Assembly (NCBI GenBank): GCA_951406725.2
Contig: OX597831.1
Coordinates: 43,586,001 to 43,650,000, forward strand
Direction: 5' to 3'
Source: Octopus vulgaris
Taxonomy: Eukaryota
Length of the DNA stretch: 64,000 bases
A program made the position numbers and the translations under genes. Every line of letters starts with the position of its first letter. Positions within the stretch are counted from its first letter, which is position 1. Below the pieces are notes generated by a model that made no database searches, was not told the DNA's origin, and saw nothing but the letters and a program-made list of their open reading frames with translations. Positions 25,186 through 38,625 of this stretch are shown one piece after another.

Positions 25186-25716
25186 CTTACAATTCATTAA
25201 ATGAGCATGAGTGATATCAATAATTTTCTTTCTTCGTCTCACAAAGAGAGATATGCTTACCCATATAAAACAGAGAGAGAGAGCGAGAGAGAGAGAGAGT
25301 GGGGGGAGGGAGAGAAAGATGGACAGGGAGAAGAGAGGGGGAGAAGAGAGAAGGAGAGAAACATAAAAAAGTTTAGTACCACTACGTGGAACTTTGCACA
25401 AACGTCTTCTACTGTATTCTCTGGTCAACTAAAGCCTTGTCAGTGGATTTGGTTGATAGAAACTGAATGAAGCCTGTCATATATATATATATGTGTTTAT
25501 ATATATATAGACACAGGAGTGGCTCTGTGGGGTAGTGTGGTAAGTAGCTTGCTTACCAATCACATAGTTCTGGGTTCAGTCCCACTGTGTGGCACCTTGG
25601 GCAAGTGTCTTCTGCTACACCCTTGGGCTAACCAAAGTGTTGTGATATATATATATATATATATATTGTTCTCTACACCACCTGTCTTCATCTTTTGTTT
25701 TTTTTTTGTGAATTCT

Positions 25717-25747
<31 letters not shown>

Positions 25748-26092
25748 CTCTTTACTCTCTTTTACTTGTTTCAGTCATTTGACTGCGGCCATGCTGGAGC
25801 ACCGCCTTTAGTCGAGCAAATCGACCCCGGGACTTATTCTTTGTAAGCCCAGTACTTATTCTATCGGTCTCTTTTGCCGAACCGCTAAGTGACGGTGACG
25901 TAAACACACCAGCATCGGTTGTCAAGCAATGCTAGGGGGACAAACACAGACACACAAACATATACACACACACTTATATATATACACATATATACGACAG
26001 GCTTCTTTCAGTTTCCGTCTGCCAAATCCACTCACAAGGCATTGGTCGGCCCGGGGCTATAGCAGAAGACACTTGCCCAAGTTGCCACGCAG
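25748..26092 (-). mobile_element. SINE family A, young, 5' end replaced by an R2-like fragment
   Basis: Near-consensus sequence stops abruptly at TGCCACGCAG. Confidence 0.85.
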
Positions 26093-26193
26093 CGCCCCTC
26101 AGCGCCGCACCTTGCTCGTATCTGACAGTTACGTCTACAACGACTACCTCGCTCGAATCGCGGAACACTAGGTCGGGGATGTATCTGGACTCC
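26089..26193 (-). mobile_element. Fragment of an R2-like non-LTR retrotransposon restriction-like endonuclease domain
   Basis: Minus frame ESRYIPDLVFRDSSEVVVVDVTVRYEQGAALRGAA matches the PD..D RLE motif (PDLV...VVDVTVRYE) of R2-type elements. Confidence 0.75.
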
Positions 26194-26408
26194 GATATAT
26201 ATATACTTTCGGTTTATATTTTCAGCTAGGATGATGGAGATGAGGTAGAGAAAATATCGCAAGCAATGATAACTACAGAAGCAGGAGTAATGGAACTGGG
26301 TATAAATGGTGATAGTGATGTGTTTACATTTATGGAACACATGTACTAGTTATGAAGAAGAAAGTGAGAAGAACGGGAAAGGAACAAATATATACATGTG
26401 TGTGTGTT

Positions 26409-26440
<32 letters not shown>

Positions 26441-26713
26441 TGTACAAACATGAGGATGCACATAATAACGACAAAGTAAAGAAAAGGAAAGAAACAAACA
26501 CACACATACACATACATATATGTATATACAAATAAATATACATACGCATATATGTGCATGCATGTGATATATATATGCATGCATGCACACACACACAAAT
26601 AAATATACATACATACACATATGTGCATGTGCATAGTAGATATGTCTATGCACACACACACACACATATATACAAATAAACAGATAAATGCATACACATG
26701 TGTATAATATATA

Positions 26714-26759
<46 letters not shown>

Positions 26760-27022
26760 GTGTATGCATATAATATATATGCACATCCGCACGCACATAT
26801 AACACACGCATACAAATAAATATCTATACATATATACATACACACATATATGCATGCGTGTAATAAATGTGCATGCACTCACACACACACACACATGCAC
26901 ATACATATACACATGAATATATACTCACAAATGTGTGTACATATAAGCAAATAACAGGGGGGTAAACAAAGACAGAGAAAAAGAGAACAAGAGAGATATG
27001 AAGAAAGGATAGAGAGATAGAG

Positions 27023-27089
<67 letters not shown>

Positions 27090-27177
27090 CAGATAGAGAG
27101 TAAGAAAGAAATAAAGAGAGAAAGAAAGGGACAGGGAGAGAGATACAGAGAGAGAAACAAATTGGTGCTTCTGTTAC

Positions 27178-27379
27178 CTCTTGGGAAGCCTCATGATGTG
27201 TAAGAATATTTGGTCAACACTGATTTAAGCAGTGTGTACAGCAATCCAGTTCCATGCCATGCTGGTCTTTGAGAAGTCTGCTAAGTTACATTTTCAGCAG
27301 CAAACCAAGTGTAGGCTTGCATTTTTTGCTACTGGAGAGCGGAGATTTCACCATGGTGGTATATTGACAACTCTAAAAA
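27178..27379 (-). other. Candidate spliced non-coding or UTR exon (~200 nt)
   Basis: ttaac branch-like site plus ~30-nt polypyrimidine tract and tag acceptor; donor GAG|gtaaca; all three frames contain stops. Confidence 0.5.
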
Positions 27380-29155
27380 CTAGATATAAAAAAAAGAAAA
27401 ACAAAAAAAAAGATACAGTTAACTCATTGCTTCAGAATATTCTTGAGTATATATATATATATATACATACACATGTATGTTTAATCAGCACAATTCATCA
27501 TCATCATCGTTTAACGTCCGTTTTCCATGCTGGGATGGGTTGGACGGTTTGACTGAGGTCTGGAGAGTCAGTGGCTGCACCAGGCTCCAATCTGATCAGG
27601 TAGAGTTTCTACAGCTGGATGCTCTTCCTAATACCAACAACTCCAAGAGTTGTAATGGGTGCTTTTTACATGCTACCGGCACAGGAGCCAGTCAGGTGGG
27701 CCTGGCATCGATCATGCACGGATAGTGTGCTTTACGGGTGCTTTATATAGTGCGCTTTACATGCTCAAGAACACAATACACAGCTTGGTCCAGGAATTGA
27801 ACTCAGAACTTCATGATTACAAGCTCGACACTCAAACCCCTAAGCCATGTACCTTCACCCAAATACAGACACACATATGATATTTTGAAGATGCTGCTTG
27901 TGTACAACTGTGAAGTTCTTTACCTCTCATTGTCCTTGTTCTAACGCCTACTTTCCATACTTTCGTGAGCAAGATGAGAGTATGAAGAGGCAGAACTTTG
28001 TATGGCTGGATGCCCCACCTGTCACCAATCCTTACCTGTTTCCAAGTGGTAACATTTCCTACATAACTTGGTGTTTTCCTTCTTTTGCAATTAGGTAAGA
28101 TCAGTGGAAAAAGTAGCTTACATGAAAGCATATAAGCGTTGGCCACAAGAAAGACATCTGGTGCCAGAATACTACTGCAAAAGATCTTGTCCAATTCACA
28201 CCAACATGGACCAAGCACATGCATACATGCACACACACACACATGCGCATGCACGATCTGTGTGACAAACAATTCAAGTCACAAGTAGAGAATTCCATTT
28301 AAACAAACCAACAGGCATTATGGGAGATATGTTAATGGCAACAAGGAAGTTGGCATGTTTAGAAAAAAGCAGAATTCTGAAGGCTGGTGATGAAAGAATA
28401 CCATATTCTTGTGGTTGGGTATTGAATAGTCTCACTCCTTCATACAAGAGGCAAAAATGAGCCCCTGGAGTATGTAAAGGTACTGGAAAGACGAGCATTA
28501 GAGTAAAAGAAAAGAAGAAAACGAGGACCATTGAAATTCAGTTTGGATTTATGTTTTATGCCAAGAAATGGAAGAACTGATGTGATTTCCATTGTAAAGT
28601 GGCAACAGATGTTCAGGAATATGAGGGAGAAAATTTTTTGGTTTGTTGATCTGACATAGGCATTGATGTTCAGAGTAAAGGAATGGTTGGTTAAGATAGT
28701 GATGTTGGTGTATGAGAGAGCATGCACAACTGTAAGAACGACAAAGGAAGGGAATAGTGATGGGTTAGAAGGAAAGACTGGAATAAATCAGGGAACAAAC
28801 ACAAACAAATATATGTGTATATATATATATATATATAATAAAATATAAAATGCGACAAGTATGAAAAACATTCGGACAACTAGGTGATACAAAAAGGGAC
28901 AACAAAACATCCAGATAGACAATACAAAAAAACAAGGATGGGTCATTCAAAGCCTTTTATCCTCAATCAAGAACCAGATCATCTTTGCAATTTCAGCTGA
29001 TTAATCTTGAGATTACTCCATTCTGGCCAGCCCCAAGGAAAAATTAAGCTAAAAGTATTAGATTCCTTGGAAAAAAGCATCGAATGTATACGAAAACAAG
29101 GACGGAAAACAGACGATGTTACACAAATATAAATACAAAATACAATAAAAATTAA

Positions 29156-29226
<71 letters not shown>

Positions 29227-29819
29227 GGACATAACAACAGGCGTCTTTCAACTGAGGACGAATTGAATTCAGCTGGCGCGTGTAGAAAGAAGCCTTATGG
29301 CAGAGGGAAGAATATCGATATATATATATATGACTGCCCTTTCTAGCATGTAAGGAATCCACATGGTGGTTTTCTCTCCATGTATAATTCATACACTATC
29401 ATATTTTTAAATATTTATGTCTTCTGACTTTTATTATGCATGTTAACCACTGGTTTAAATTATTTAATAATTTCTACCCCTGTATTTATAAAGTTAAATA
29501 CACACACACACACACACACAAATATAGTTTACTGTCTCAATAAGGTAAGATCAACAAAAAAAAGTATTCCATCCATTGAGAGATAATCATCGTCTAACGT
29601 CTGCTTTCCATGCTGGCATGGGTTGGATGGTTTGACTAGGGACTGGTGAGCCAGATTGCTGCACCAGGCTCCAATCTGATCTGGCAGAGTTACTACAGCT
29701 GGATGCCCTTCCTAACACCAACCACTCCAAGAGTGTAGTGGGTGCTTTTTACATGCTACTGGCATGTTATTGAAACTCCCCACCAAATAACAACAACAAC
29801 AACAACAACAATAATAATA

Positions 29820-30008
29820 ATTTCAAATTTTGGCATGAGATTAGCAGTTTTGGGTGGGGTGGGGGCTAAACCGATTAAATCAACCCCACTGTTCAACCGG
29901 TTCGTATTTTATCGACGCTGAAAGAATGGAAGGCAAAGTCGAACTCGCTGGAATTTGAACTCAGAAGCATTTTTCCCGGTGTGTTAATAATTCTGCCGGT
30001 TCGCTGTC

Positions 30009-30058
<50 letters not shown>

Positions 30059-30430
30059 CCTTTCTACTGGAAGTACAAGGCCTCAAATTTGGGGGAAGGG
30101 ATTAAGTCGATTGCATCAGCCCCAGCGTGTAACTGGTATTCGACCCCAAAAGGATGAAAAGCAAAGTCGACCTCGGCGAAATTTGAGCCCAGAACGTAAT
30201 GGCAGACGAAATACCTATTTCTTTACTACCCACAAGGGGCTAAACACAGAGAGGACAAACAAGGACAGACACACGGATTAAGTCGATTATATCGACCCCA
30301 GTGTGTAACTGGTACTTATTTAATCGACCCTGAAAGGTTGAAAGGCAAAGTCGGCCTCGGCGGAATTTGAACTCAGAACTGCTAAGCATTTCGCCAGGCG
30401 TGCTAACAATTCTGTCAGCTCGACGCCTTA
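29820..30430 (-). mobile_element. Cluster of about three family B SINEs separated by (AAT)n
   Basis: Repeated GGATGAAAGGCAAAGTCGACCTCGGC-like cores. Confidence 0.75.
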
Positions 30431-30857
30431 ATAATAATAATAATAATAATAATCCATGCAGCACGGAATTTTGTCAGTGAACAGGTCGCAGTCTCAAAGT
30501 GACGAAAATATTTTGGCAAATTAAATTTAAATGTTGAAGTGAATCTAACGGTTTTTGTGTGTTTTTAAATGGCTTATAAACACCTTCCACACTGCAATTG
30601 TTTTCGTTCCAGCACACGATCTCAGATCAGGTCACTTGCTATGCAAGTACATCTTGATAATAATAATCCTTTCTACTGGAAACACAAGCCACCCCAGTGC
30701 TCAACTGGTACTTATTTTATTTACTCCGAAAGAATGCGAAAGAAGTGTTGATCTAGAAAGATTTCAAGTCAAGAGGTAAGGGAACTGTTCTATATAGATT
30801 GGCAGTTTAGTATTTCTACTTTCTTTGCACACAAACATACAACTTATAAACGTTAAC

Positions 30858-31273
30858 GGATCTTTTCGGTTTGAACGGCAGTTTTTTTAAAAATAATTTC
30901 CATGTAACTAAACGCTTTTAAACTTCGTATACTGGTAGAATGTGTTTATAAAACATCTTTTTCTCTTGGCTTTATTACGAAAATTCTATAGTTTGTAAGA
31001 TATTTGTTGTTTTTGTCTTCAATTTCTGCAATTTCAACCGATCAATGACGTCCATTGAGGTAAAAAACATTCTGTACCGTATGAATATGTCCCTCGTTTA
31101 AGAAACAAATTAGGTTTATTTACATTTGTGAAGAAAAAAAAGATACCCTTCCCCCCACCCCTAACCCTAAAACAGATTGAAATGCAATAGATCGATACTA
31201 GGGTCATAATTATGGGTGACAATTTCATATGACACCGCTAGAAAAAAAACTGCCGTTCAAACCGAAAAGATCC
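30858..31273. mobile_element. MITE with ~31-bp perfect TIRs
   Basis: GGATCTTTTCGGTTTGAACGGCAGTTTTTTT ... AAAAAAACTGCCGTTCAAACCGAAAAGATCC; no ORF; superfamily unclear. Confidence 0.85.
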
Positions 31274-32711
31274 CAAGAATTCCTATAACGATTGCAGAAG
31301 CAATGTCAAAGAATTAATGCTATGGTCACTTCTCAAAAAAGCACCACTACAAAGAAAAAAAAATACAAGTAGAAGATAAGATAAAGAATTAAAAGAATTA
31401 TAAATATCAGCTATAAATAAACAACAAATGATGTTTATTCTTAAATAAACAATACTTGCTCTTCATGTTGTTAATATATATTTTACTTAAAATATGGTGT
31501 AATGAAATATTGAGTAATTCTGTAGTATAAACTTAAACCTTATTTATTTATTTTTCTTAAAATAATTACTTTATTTAATGCCGTAATATCGGGAACTTGT
31601 TCGAAAGTTTTATGAAGAAACTAAGTAAATAATTAGAGTTATTTCCCTTACAACATAATTGGGAGGACGCAAAACTACAGTGGAACAATAAAACTATTGA
31701 CTCGAAATGGAAAACTACAAAACTACACAATCTGCATGGTTTGTGAGAGAGCACATGAATTTTTTGTTTTCTTTTTCCTTTTTCTCTCCAAATATTATTA
31801 TTCAGGAAATATTGTTTAAAAGTTCTATTGGGAATGAGGTTTAAGAATTTTGTTATAGAGATGCTAAAAATAAACATCGACTGGATTTAAGTTTATAATA
31901 ATAATGATAATGAAATTATTGTATACAGTGCTCAGGTGCACCACAAGGGCAACTATTTCAATTTGATGCTCCATTTCCGATATCCTGTTTAATTTTCCGA
32001 AGGGAATTGTCATACAAACAAATAAAACGGTAGCGCATTTGGAAGAAGGCAGTAAAGCTAAGCAAATTTCTAAATGGAAAACTTCCTAACTTGGTATAAT
32101 CCACCAGAATGCGATGGAAGACAGATTATAAAACAGAAGGTTTAAAAAAATATATATATATCGAAAGGTAAAAATCGACCTCAGCAGAATTTGAACGCAA
32201 AGTCGGAATAAATGCTACTAAGCATTTTGTCCGGTGTGCTAACGATTCGGCCAGTTCACCGCCTTAATAATAATAATAATAATAACCCTTTCTACTAAAG
32301 ACACGAAACCTGAAATTTTGGAGAGGGAGTAAGTCGATTATGTCGACCTTAGTGATCAACTGGTACTTATTTTATCGACACCGAATCGATAAAAGGCAAA
32401 GTCGACCTCGGCGGAATTTGAACTCAGAACGTCAAGACGGGCGAAATGCCGCTAAACACTTTCCCCGACATGCTAACGATTCCGCTAGCTCGCTGCCTTC
32501 ATGATGACTAGGAGGATGTCTTATTTTGGCACAAGGCCAGCATATTTGAGGGATGGAGAAGTCGATTACATCGACCCCCCCCCCCAATGCCCTACCGGTA
32601 CCTATTTTATCGACCCCAAAAGGATGTAAAAGAGAGCGTCCATTCAGATACATAGAAATAGAAGAACTGAAATTTAAACTGGTTGTTTTTTTATGTCTAC
32701 TTTCCTTGGTG

Positions 32712-33040
32712 TGAAGGCGCGTGGCTTAGTGGTTAAGGCATTCGGCTCACGATTGTAAGGTCGTGAGTTCAATTCCCGGCGACGCGTTGTGTCTTTGAGC
32801 AAGACACTTTATTTCACGTTCTTCCAGACCACTCAGCTGGCAAAAATGAGTTGTACCTGTATTTCAAAGGGCCAGCCTTGTCACACTTGGTGTCACGCTG
32901 AATCTCCCCGAGAACTATGTTAGGGGTAGGGGTACACGTGTTTGTGGATTGCTCAGTCACTTGCACGTTAATTTCACGAGCAAGCTGTTCAGTTGATCGT
33001 ATCAGCTGGGACCCTCGTCGTCGCAACCGATGGAGTGCTC
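32712..33040 (+). mobile_element. tRNA-derived SINE, family C head with an alternative 3' body
   Basis: GAAGGCGCGTGGCTTAGTGGTTAAGG A box, GAGTTCAATTCC B box, CTTTGAGCAAGACACTTTATTTCAC core. Confidence 0.8.
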
Positions 33041-33099
33041 CTTCACTTTCCTTGATCACAAACATACAAATATAAACATTAGCCAAGCCATATATAATA

Positions 33100-33402
33100 T
33101 AATGAAATTATTGTGTACAGTGCTTAGGTGCACCACAACTTGTCAAAAGTGCGTATAAAGCATATGCAGTAATGTACAAATGTCTGAAAAGCGAACAGTG
33201 TATGAGTCAGATACATGCTTGCGTGTGTATGGAAGGGAGAAAATCAGGTGTAGTGTTGGTGAATCTCAGGAAGCATGGAAGTTTTGAAGGATGCAGTGCT
33301 CCGACAACTAACAATTGATGCCGGCAGTTTGTTCCATACTTCAGCAACTCTTAGCGTGAAAAAATATTTCTGAAAGTCATGGGAGCTGTGCTGTTTTCTG
33401 GC
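33100..33402 (-). mobile_element. CR1-like LINE 3' fragment
   Basis: Minus strand encodes RKQHSSHDF.KY..TLRVAEVWNKLPASIVSCRSTASFKTSML; same tail as 23155-23468. Confidence 0.7.
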
Positions 33403-33574
33403 TTTATTCATCGAACTTTATTTCAACCAACATATCCATTGCTTCCCAACCACATGGTTCCATGTTCAGTCCCACTGCATGGCACCTTGAACAAGCGTCT
33501 TCTATTATAGCCTCAGGCTGACCAAAGCCTTGTGAGTGGATTTGGGAGATGAAAACTGAAAGAAGCCTGTTGTA

Positions 33575-33644
<70 letters not shown>

Positions 33645-35409
33645 AACCATCGCTTGACTACCAATGTTGGTGTGTTAACAAAGAATAAGTCCTGGGTTCG
33701 ATTTGTTTGACTAAAACCTGCTTAATGTGGTGCTCCAGTATGGCTGCAGTCAAATGAGTGAAACAAGTAAAAGAATAAAAGAATATGTAATATATATGTA
33801 TGTATATATATGTGTGTCTGTATGTCCGAATTTATTCACAATCCTCATCACTACAACCATCACTGCTTGGCAACTAATATTGGTTTGTTTATGTCCGTGT
33901 AACTTAGCAGTCTGGCTAAAGAAACTGAGAGAATGATAGAATAAAGAACCAGACTTGTAAAACAAAATACTGGGGTCAATTTATCCAGCAAAACGACCCC
34001 TTCCAGGTGGTGTCCCAGCATGGCAGCTGTCCAATGACTGAAACACGGAGAAGGCAAAAGACAAAGGTGCTTTAATCAATGCACTCATTAACCCTTTTTA
34101 TTGTTGCTAAAATGTAAAGGCATTAAGAGATCCCAACAGTATGTTTATCAACTGATTACAATATCAGGAAGACACAAAGAAAAAAAGCTTATTCCCTTTT
34201 ATACATATGTGCAGACATGGCTGTGTGGTAAGAAGCTTGATTAACAATCACATGGTCCTGGGTTCAGTCCCACCTTGTGACACCTTATGCAAGTGTCTTC
34301 TATTATAGCCTCAGGCTGACCAAAGCCTCATGAGTGGATTTGGTAGATGGAAACTGAAAAAAACCTGTCATATGTGTGTGTGTTTGTGTGTATTTGTATT
34401 TGTTCCCCACCATCGTTTGATAACCAATGCTGGTGTGTTTACGTCTCCGTAACTTAGCAGTTCGGCAAAAGAGACCGATAGAATAAGTACTAGGTTTATG
34501 CTTTTTGTCCACTGTGCTAATGATTATGCCAACTCGTCACATTGCACACACACACACACACAAACATCAATATTTATCTTTATGAAAAGTAATGGAATCA
34601 TAATAAAAATGGTTTAACTTTAAACTGAAGAATTATTCAATACCTTTTGTAGACTACGTATTTACCATTCCTTTACAAGAAGGGTGATAGTGACTTCAAA
34701 GTTTCGGCCTGCTTAGACTTTGTCTAACAAAGCTAGCAAGCTGCTGCCACCACCACCACCACCACCATTGTTCAGGGGTATGTGACCTTTCACCACTCCC
34801 CCTCCAAATCTGCTACTTTACCCCCCCCACCTACATCACCACAACCACTCCCATCAAAACCACCACCACCACCATCTTTTTCTCCTTTTGTTCTTTTCCT
34901 TTCTTATGTTCTAATAAAATTGTGACTTCCAAAAAAAAAAAAAACCATTAAAATTAAAATAAAAGGTATTTTGACACAATTACAACTAGACCCACTGTAA
35001 TGTCATCATGTAACGGCATTAAAACAATTTTTATTATTGATCTTTTAATACATGATTATAGATAAACGAAAACCAAGAAATGGTTATTATTGATTTCTAA
35101 CATAGGCGCAGGTGCAAGTGTGTGGCTGTGTGGTTAAGGAGTTTATTTCACAACCACATGGTTTCATGTTCAGTCCACTGTGTGGCACATCGGGCAAGTG
35201 TTTTCTACTATAGCCCCGAGTAAGAGCACACGGCCTAATGCTTGGTGTGTTGCAGTCATAATCATGAAATCATGGTTTTAAGTCTTAGACCTGGTGGTGC
35301 ATTGATGTTCTTGAGAAAACCACTTCATCTTACAATGCTCTACAATCACCTCAACACCTGACATGTGGTGCACCATGCACCTGTTCAGGTAATGTTGATT
35401 TGATAGCGG

Positions 35410-36193
35410 CAGGGCTGGATTAAGACCCATCGAGGCCCTAAGCACTTAAAAGATTTCGGTGCCCCCCATAAAAGATTATGTAATTCAAAATAGAAACGAT
35501 AACAAACCATAAAATAAATTTTTATTTTTCAAAACGAAACAACAGTAAGAGGAAAAATGATGTTTATTTTTATATCTGAGACCCCCTTCGGTCACGACAC
35601 ATACCATGGGATTGCACCTAGAAAGTTACCCTCCCAGGCAGAAGTCCGGGCAAGGCTGTTTATGGAAGACCAGCAGTGGCCCATGCATATCAGCCTCCCC
35701 TCTCCATGCCACCAGTGTTATCCAAGAGAAAGGCAAAGTTCGATACAGCTTGGCACCTGTGACGTTGCAACTCATTTCTACAGCTGAGTGAACTGGAACA
35801 ACGTGAAATAAAGTGTCTTGCTCAAGAACACAACATACAGCCTGGTCAGGGATTTGAGCTCACAACCTCACGATCGTAAGCTCGACTCTCTAACCACTGA
35901 GCCATGTGCCTTTACATGCATCTTATTTTTATATACTTCCACTTTATTTATGTTTGAAAAGTTTCCTCCTACGTTTTTGAATTACAAAGTCTTTGATCAG
36001 ATCTTCAAAATTAATCTTAGGTAAAACACCTGCTTCTATACTTAGTAGAGATAAAGGCATCCCAAACATTATTTAAGCAAGTTTAAAGGGATTTCTTTTG
36101 TGCCGTAAACCATTTAGCATTTCTGTGGTGCCCCCTCCTTCCCTTGATGTCCTAAGCAGTTGCTTATTTTGCTTAATGGTTAATCCAGTGCTG
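35410..36193. mobile_element. hAT-type MITE carrying a nested family C SINE (~35583-35915, minus)
   Basis: TIRs CAGGGCTGGATTAA / TTAATCCAGTGCTG; 8-bp TSD gatagcgg / gatggcgg (one mismatch). Confidence 0.8.
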
Positions 36194-36476
36194 GATGGCG
36201 GGAATTAGCTAATGTATATTACATACAATTAATCAGTCTAAAGAAATCATTTGTGCAGATTGTTCAACAAGAAATTGCAGAGCTGTCCTTCTGGGGCTGA
36301 GAGTTTACCACTATATGTATGTGTGTATATGTATAAATGTATTTGTGTGTGATTGCATGTGTGTGTTTGGTGTCTCTTCAACATGATAGCATTTGATTGT
36401 TTTTTCCAATATTGTTTCAATGCTAATATACAGGGTTGGCCAAAAGTCACCTGACAGTAAATGAACCCTGCCCCAT

Positions 36477-36550
<74 letters not shown>

Positions 36551-36553
<3 letters not shown>

Positions 36554-37745
36554 AACTTCTGCCACATTCCAGGGAGAAAAAACTAGAAGTAGTTGATAGC
36601 TTCCGTTACCTAGGTGACCATGTCAGTGCACTGAAAGTGTAGCTGCTAGAATAAGAATAACCTGGGCAAAATTCAGAGAGCTCTTACTTTGCTGGTGACA
36701 AAGGGCCTCTCGCTAAGAGTAAAAGGTAGACTGTATGACGCATGTGTACGAAAAGCCATGCTACATGGCAGTGAAACATGGGCTGTGACTGCTGAGGACA
36801 TGCGTAAGCTCGCAAGGAATGAAGCCAGTATGATCCGATGGATGTGTAATGTCAGTGTGCATATAGAGTGTAAGTACCTTGAGAGAAAAGTTGGACCTAA
36901 GAAGCATCAGATGTAGTGTGCAAGAGAGACAACTGTGCTTGTATGGTCATGTGGTGAGAATGGATGAGGATAGTTGTTTGAAAAAGTGCCACACCCTAGC
37001 AGTTGAGGGAACCCGTGGAAGAGGTAGACCCACGAAGACCTGGGATGAAGTGGTGAAGCACGACTTTTGAACATTAGGCCTCACCGAGGCAATGACTAGT
37101 GACCGAGACTTTTGGAAATATGCTGTGCTTTAGAAGACACGGCAAGCCAAATGAGATCATAACCTCGTGGCCTATGCCAGGGGTGTAACCAGCCCACTTA
37201 TGCGTACCTTTCCTTCATTGGACACTAAACTCTGCTTGCGAAGACCTGTTGAGGCAAGTGAAATCGAAATCAAATTCGATGACTGGCATCTGTGCTAGTG
37301 GAGCACTAAGAGCACCATCTGAGCGTGATTATTGCTAGAGTGGCTAACTGGCTTTGATGCCAGTGGCATGTAAAAAGCACCATTCAAGCATGATCGTTAA
37401 CAGCATCACCGTACTGGCACTTGTGCTGGTGGCACCTGAAAAAATTTTGAGTGAGGTTGTTGCCAGTGCCACTGAACTGGCTTCTGTGCAGGTGACACAT
37501 AAAAAAACACCATTTGAGCATGGCCCTTGCCAGTTCCGCCTGACTGGCCCTCGTGCCAGTGGCATGTAAAAGCACCCACTACACTCATGGAGTGGTTGGT
37601 GTTAGGAAGGACATCCAGCTGTAGAAACTCTGCCAGATCAGATAGGAGTCTGGTGCAGCCATCTGGTTCGACAGTCCTCAGTCAAATCGTCCAACCCATG
37701 CTAGCATGGAAAGTGGACGTTAAATGATGATGATGATGATGATGA
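36551..37745 (+). mobile_element. 5'-truncated RTE-clade LINE (end of RT, C-terminus, 3' UTR, (GAT)n tail)
   Basis: Frameshifted LEVVDSFRYLGD...VKGRLYDACVRKAMLHGSETW...YGHVVRM...RGRGRPTKTWDEVV, typical of the RTE ORF C-terminus. Confidence 0.9.
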
Positions 37746-38232
37746 TATATATATATATACATATATATATATAGATAGATATAGATATATATACATATAC
37801 ATATTTATGTGTTTGTCATCCCTTGACAACCAATGTTGGCATGTTTACATCCCTGTAACTCAGTGGTTTGACAAAAGAGACCGACAGAATAAGTACCAGT
37901 CTTACAAAGAATAAGTCCTGTGGTCAATTTCTTCAACTAAAAGACAGTGCTCCAGCATGGCTGCTGTCAAATGACTGAAACAAATATAAAAAAAAAATAG
38001 CCATATGGAAGAACCAAAACTTCTAGGAGACAAACTAAGTGACATTGGTGATGTAAGATATTAATTATACAAAGACTGAATCATCATCACAGCCATGAGC
38101 ACTGCTAATGCCATTATTTCAACAGCTACTTTACAATGCTTGCACGAATCAGGTGGAATTTATTGAGGCAGATTTTAATAGTCAAAGGCATTTCTTGTAA
38201 AAGTAAAGTTATCTTTTTGAATCATGCATTAT

Positions 38233-38625
38233 AGGTGCAGGAGTAGCTGTGTGGTAAGTAGCTTGCTTACCAACCACATGGTTCCGGGTTCAGTCCCACT
38301 GTGTGGCGTCTTGGGCAAGTGTCTTCTACTATAGCCTCATGCCGACCAAAGCCTTGTGAGTGGATTTGGTAGACGGAAACTGAAAGAAGCCCGTCATATA
38401 TATGTATTTGTGTGTCTGTGTTTGTCCCCCTAGCATTTCTTGATAACCGATGCTGGTGTGTTTACGTCCCCGTCACTTAGCGGTTCGGCAAAAGAGACCG
38501 ATAGAATAAGTACTAGGCTTACAAAGAATAAGTCCTGGGGTCGATTTGCTCGACTAAAAGTGGTGCTCCAGCATGGTTGCAGTCAAATGACTGAAACAAG
38601 TAAAAGAGTAAAGAGTAAAGAGAGT
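38233..38625 (+). mobile_element. SINE family A, full length
   Basis: Near-consensus with (GAGTAAA)n tail. Confidence 0.88.

Noticed and set aside
32712-32785. tRNA-like sequences at SINE heads (also 15918, 51968 and ~62529-62600)
   Set aside because: A/B boxes are present but acceptor stems are incomplete and they run into repeat bodies; not functional tRNA genes.
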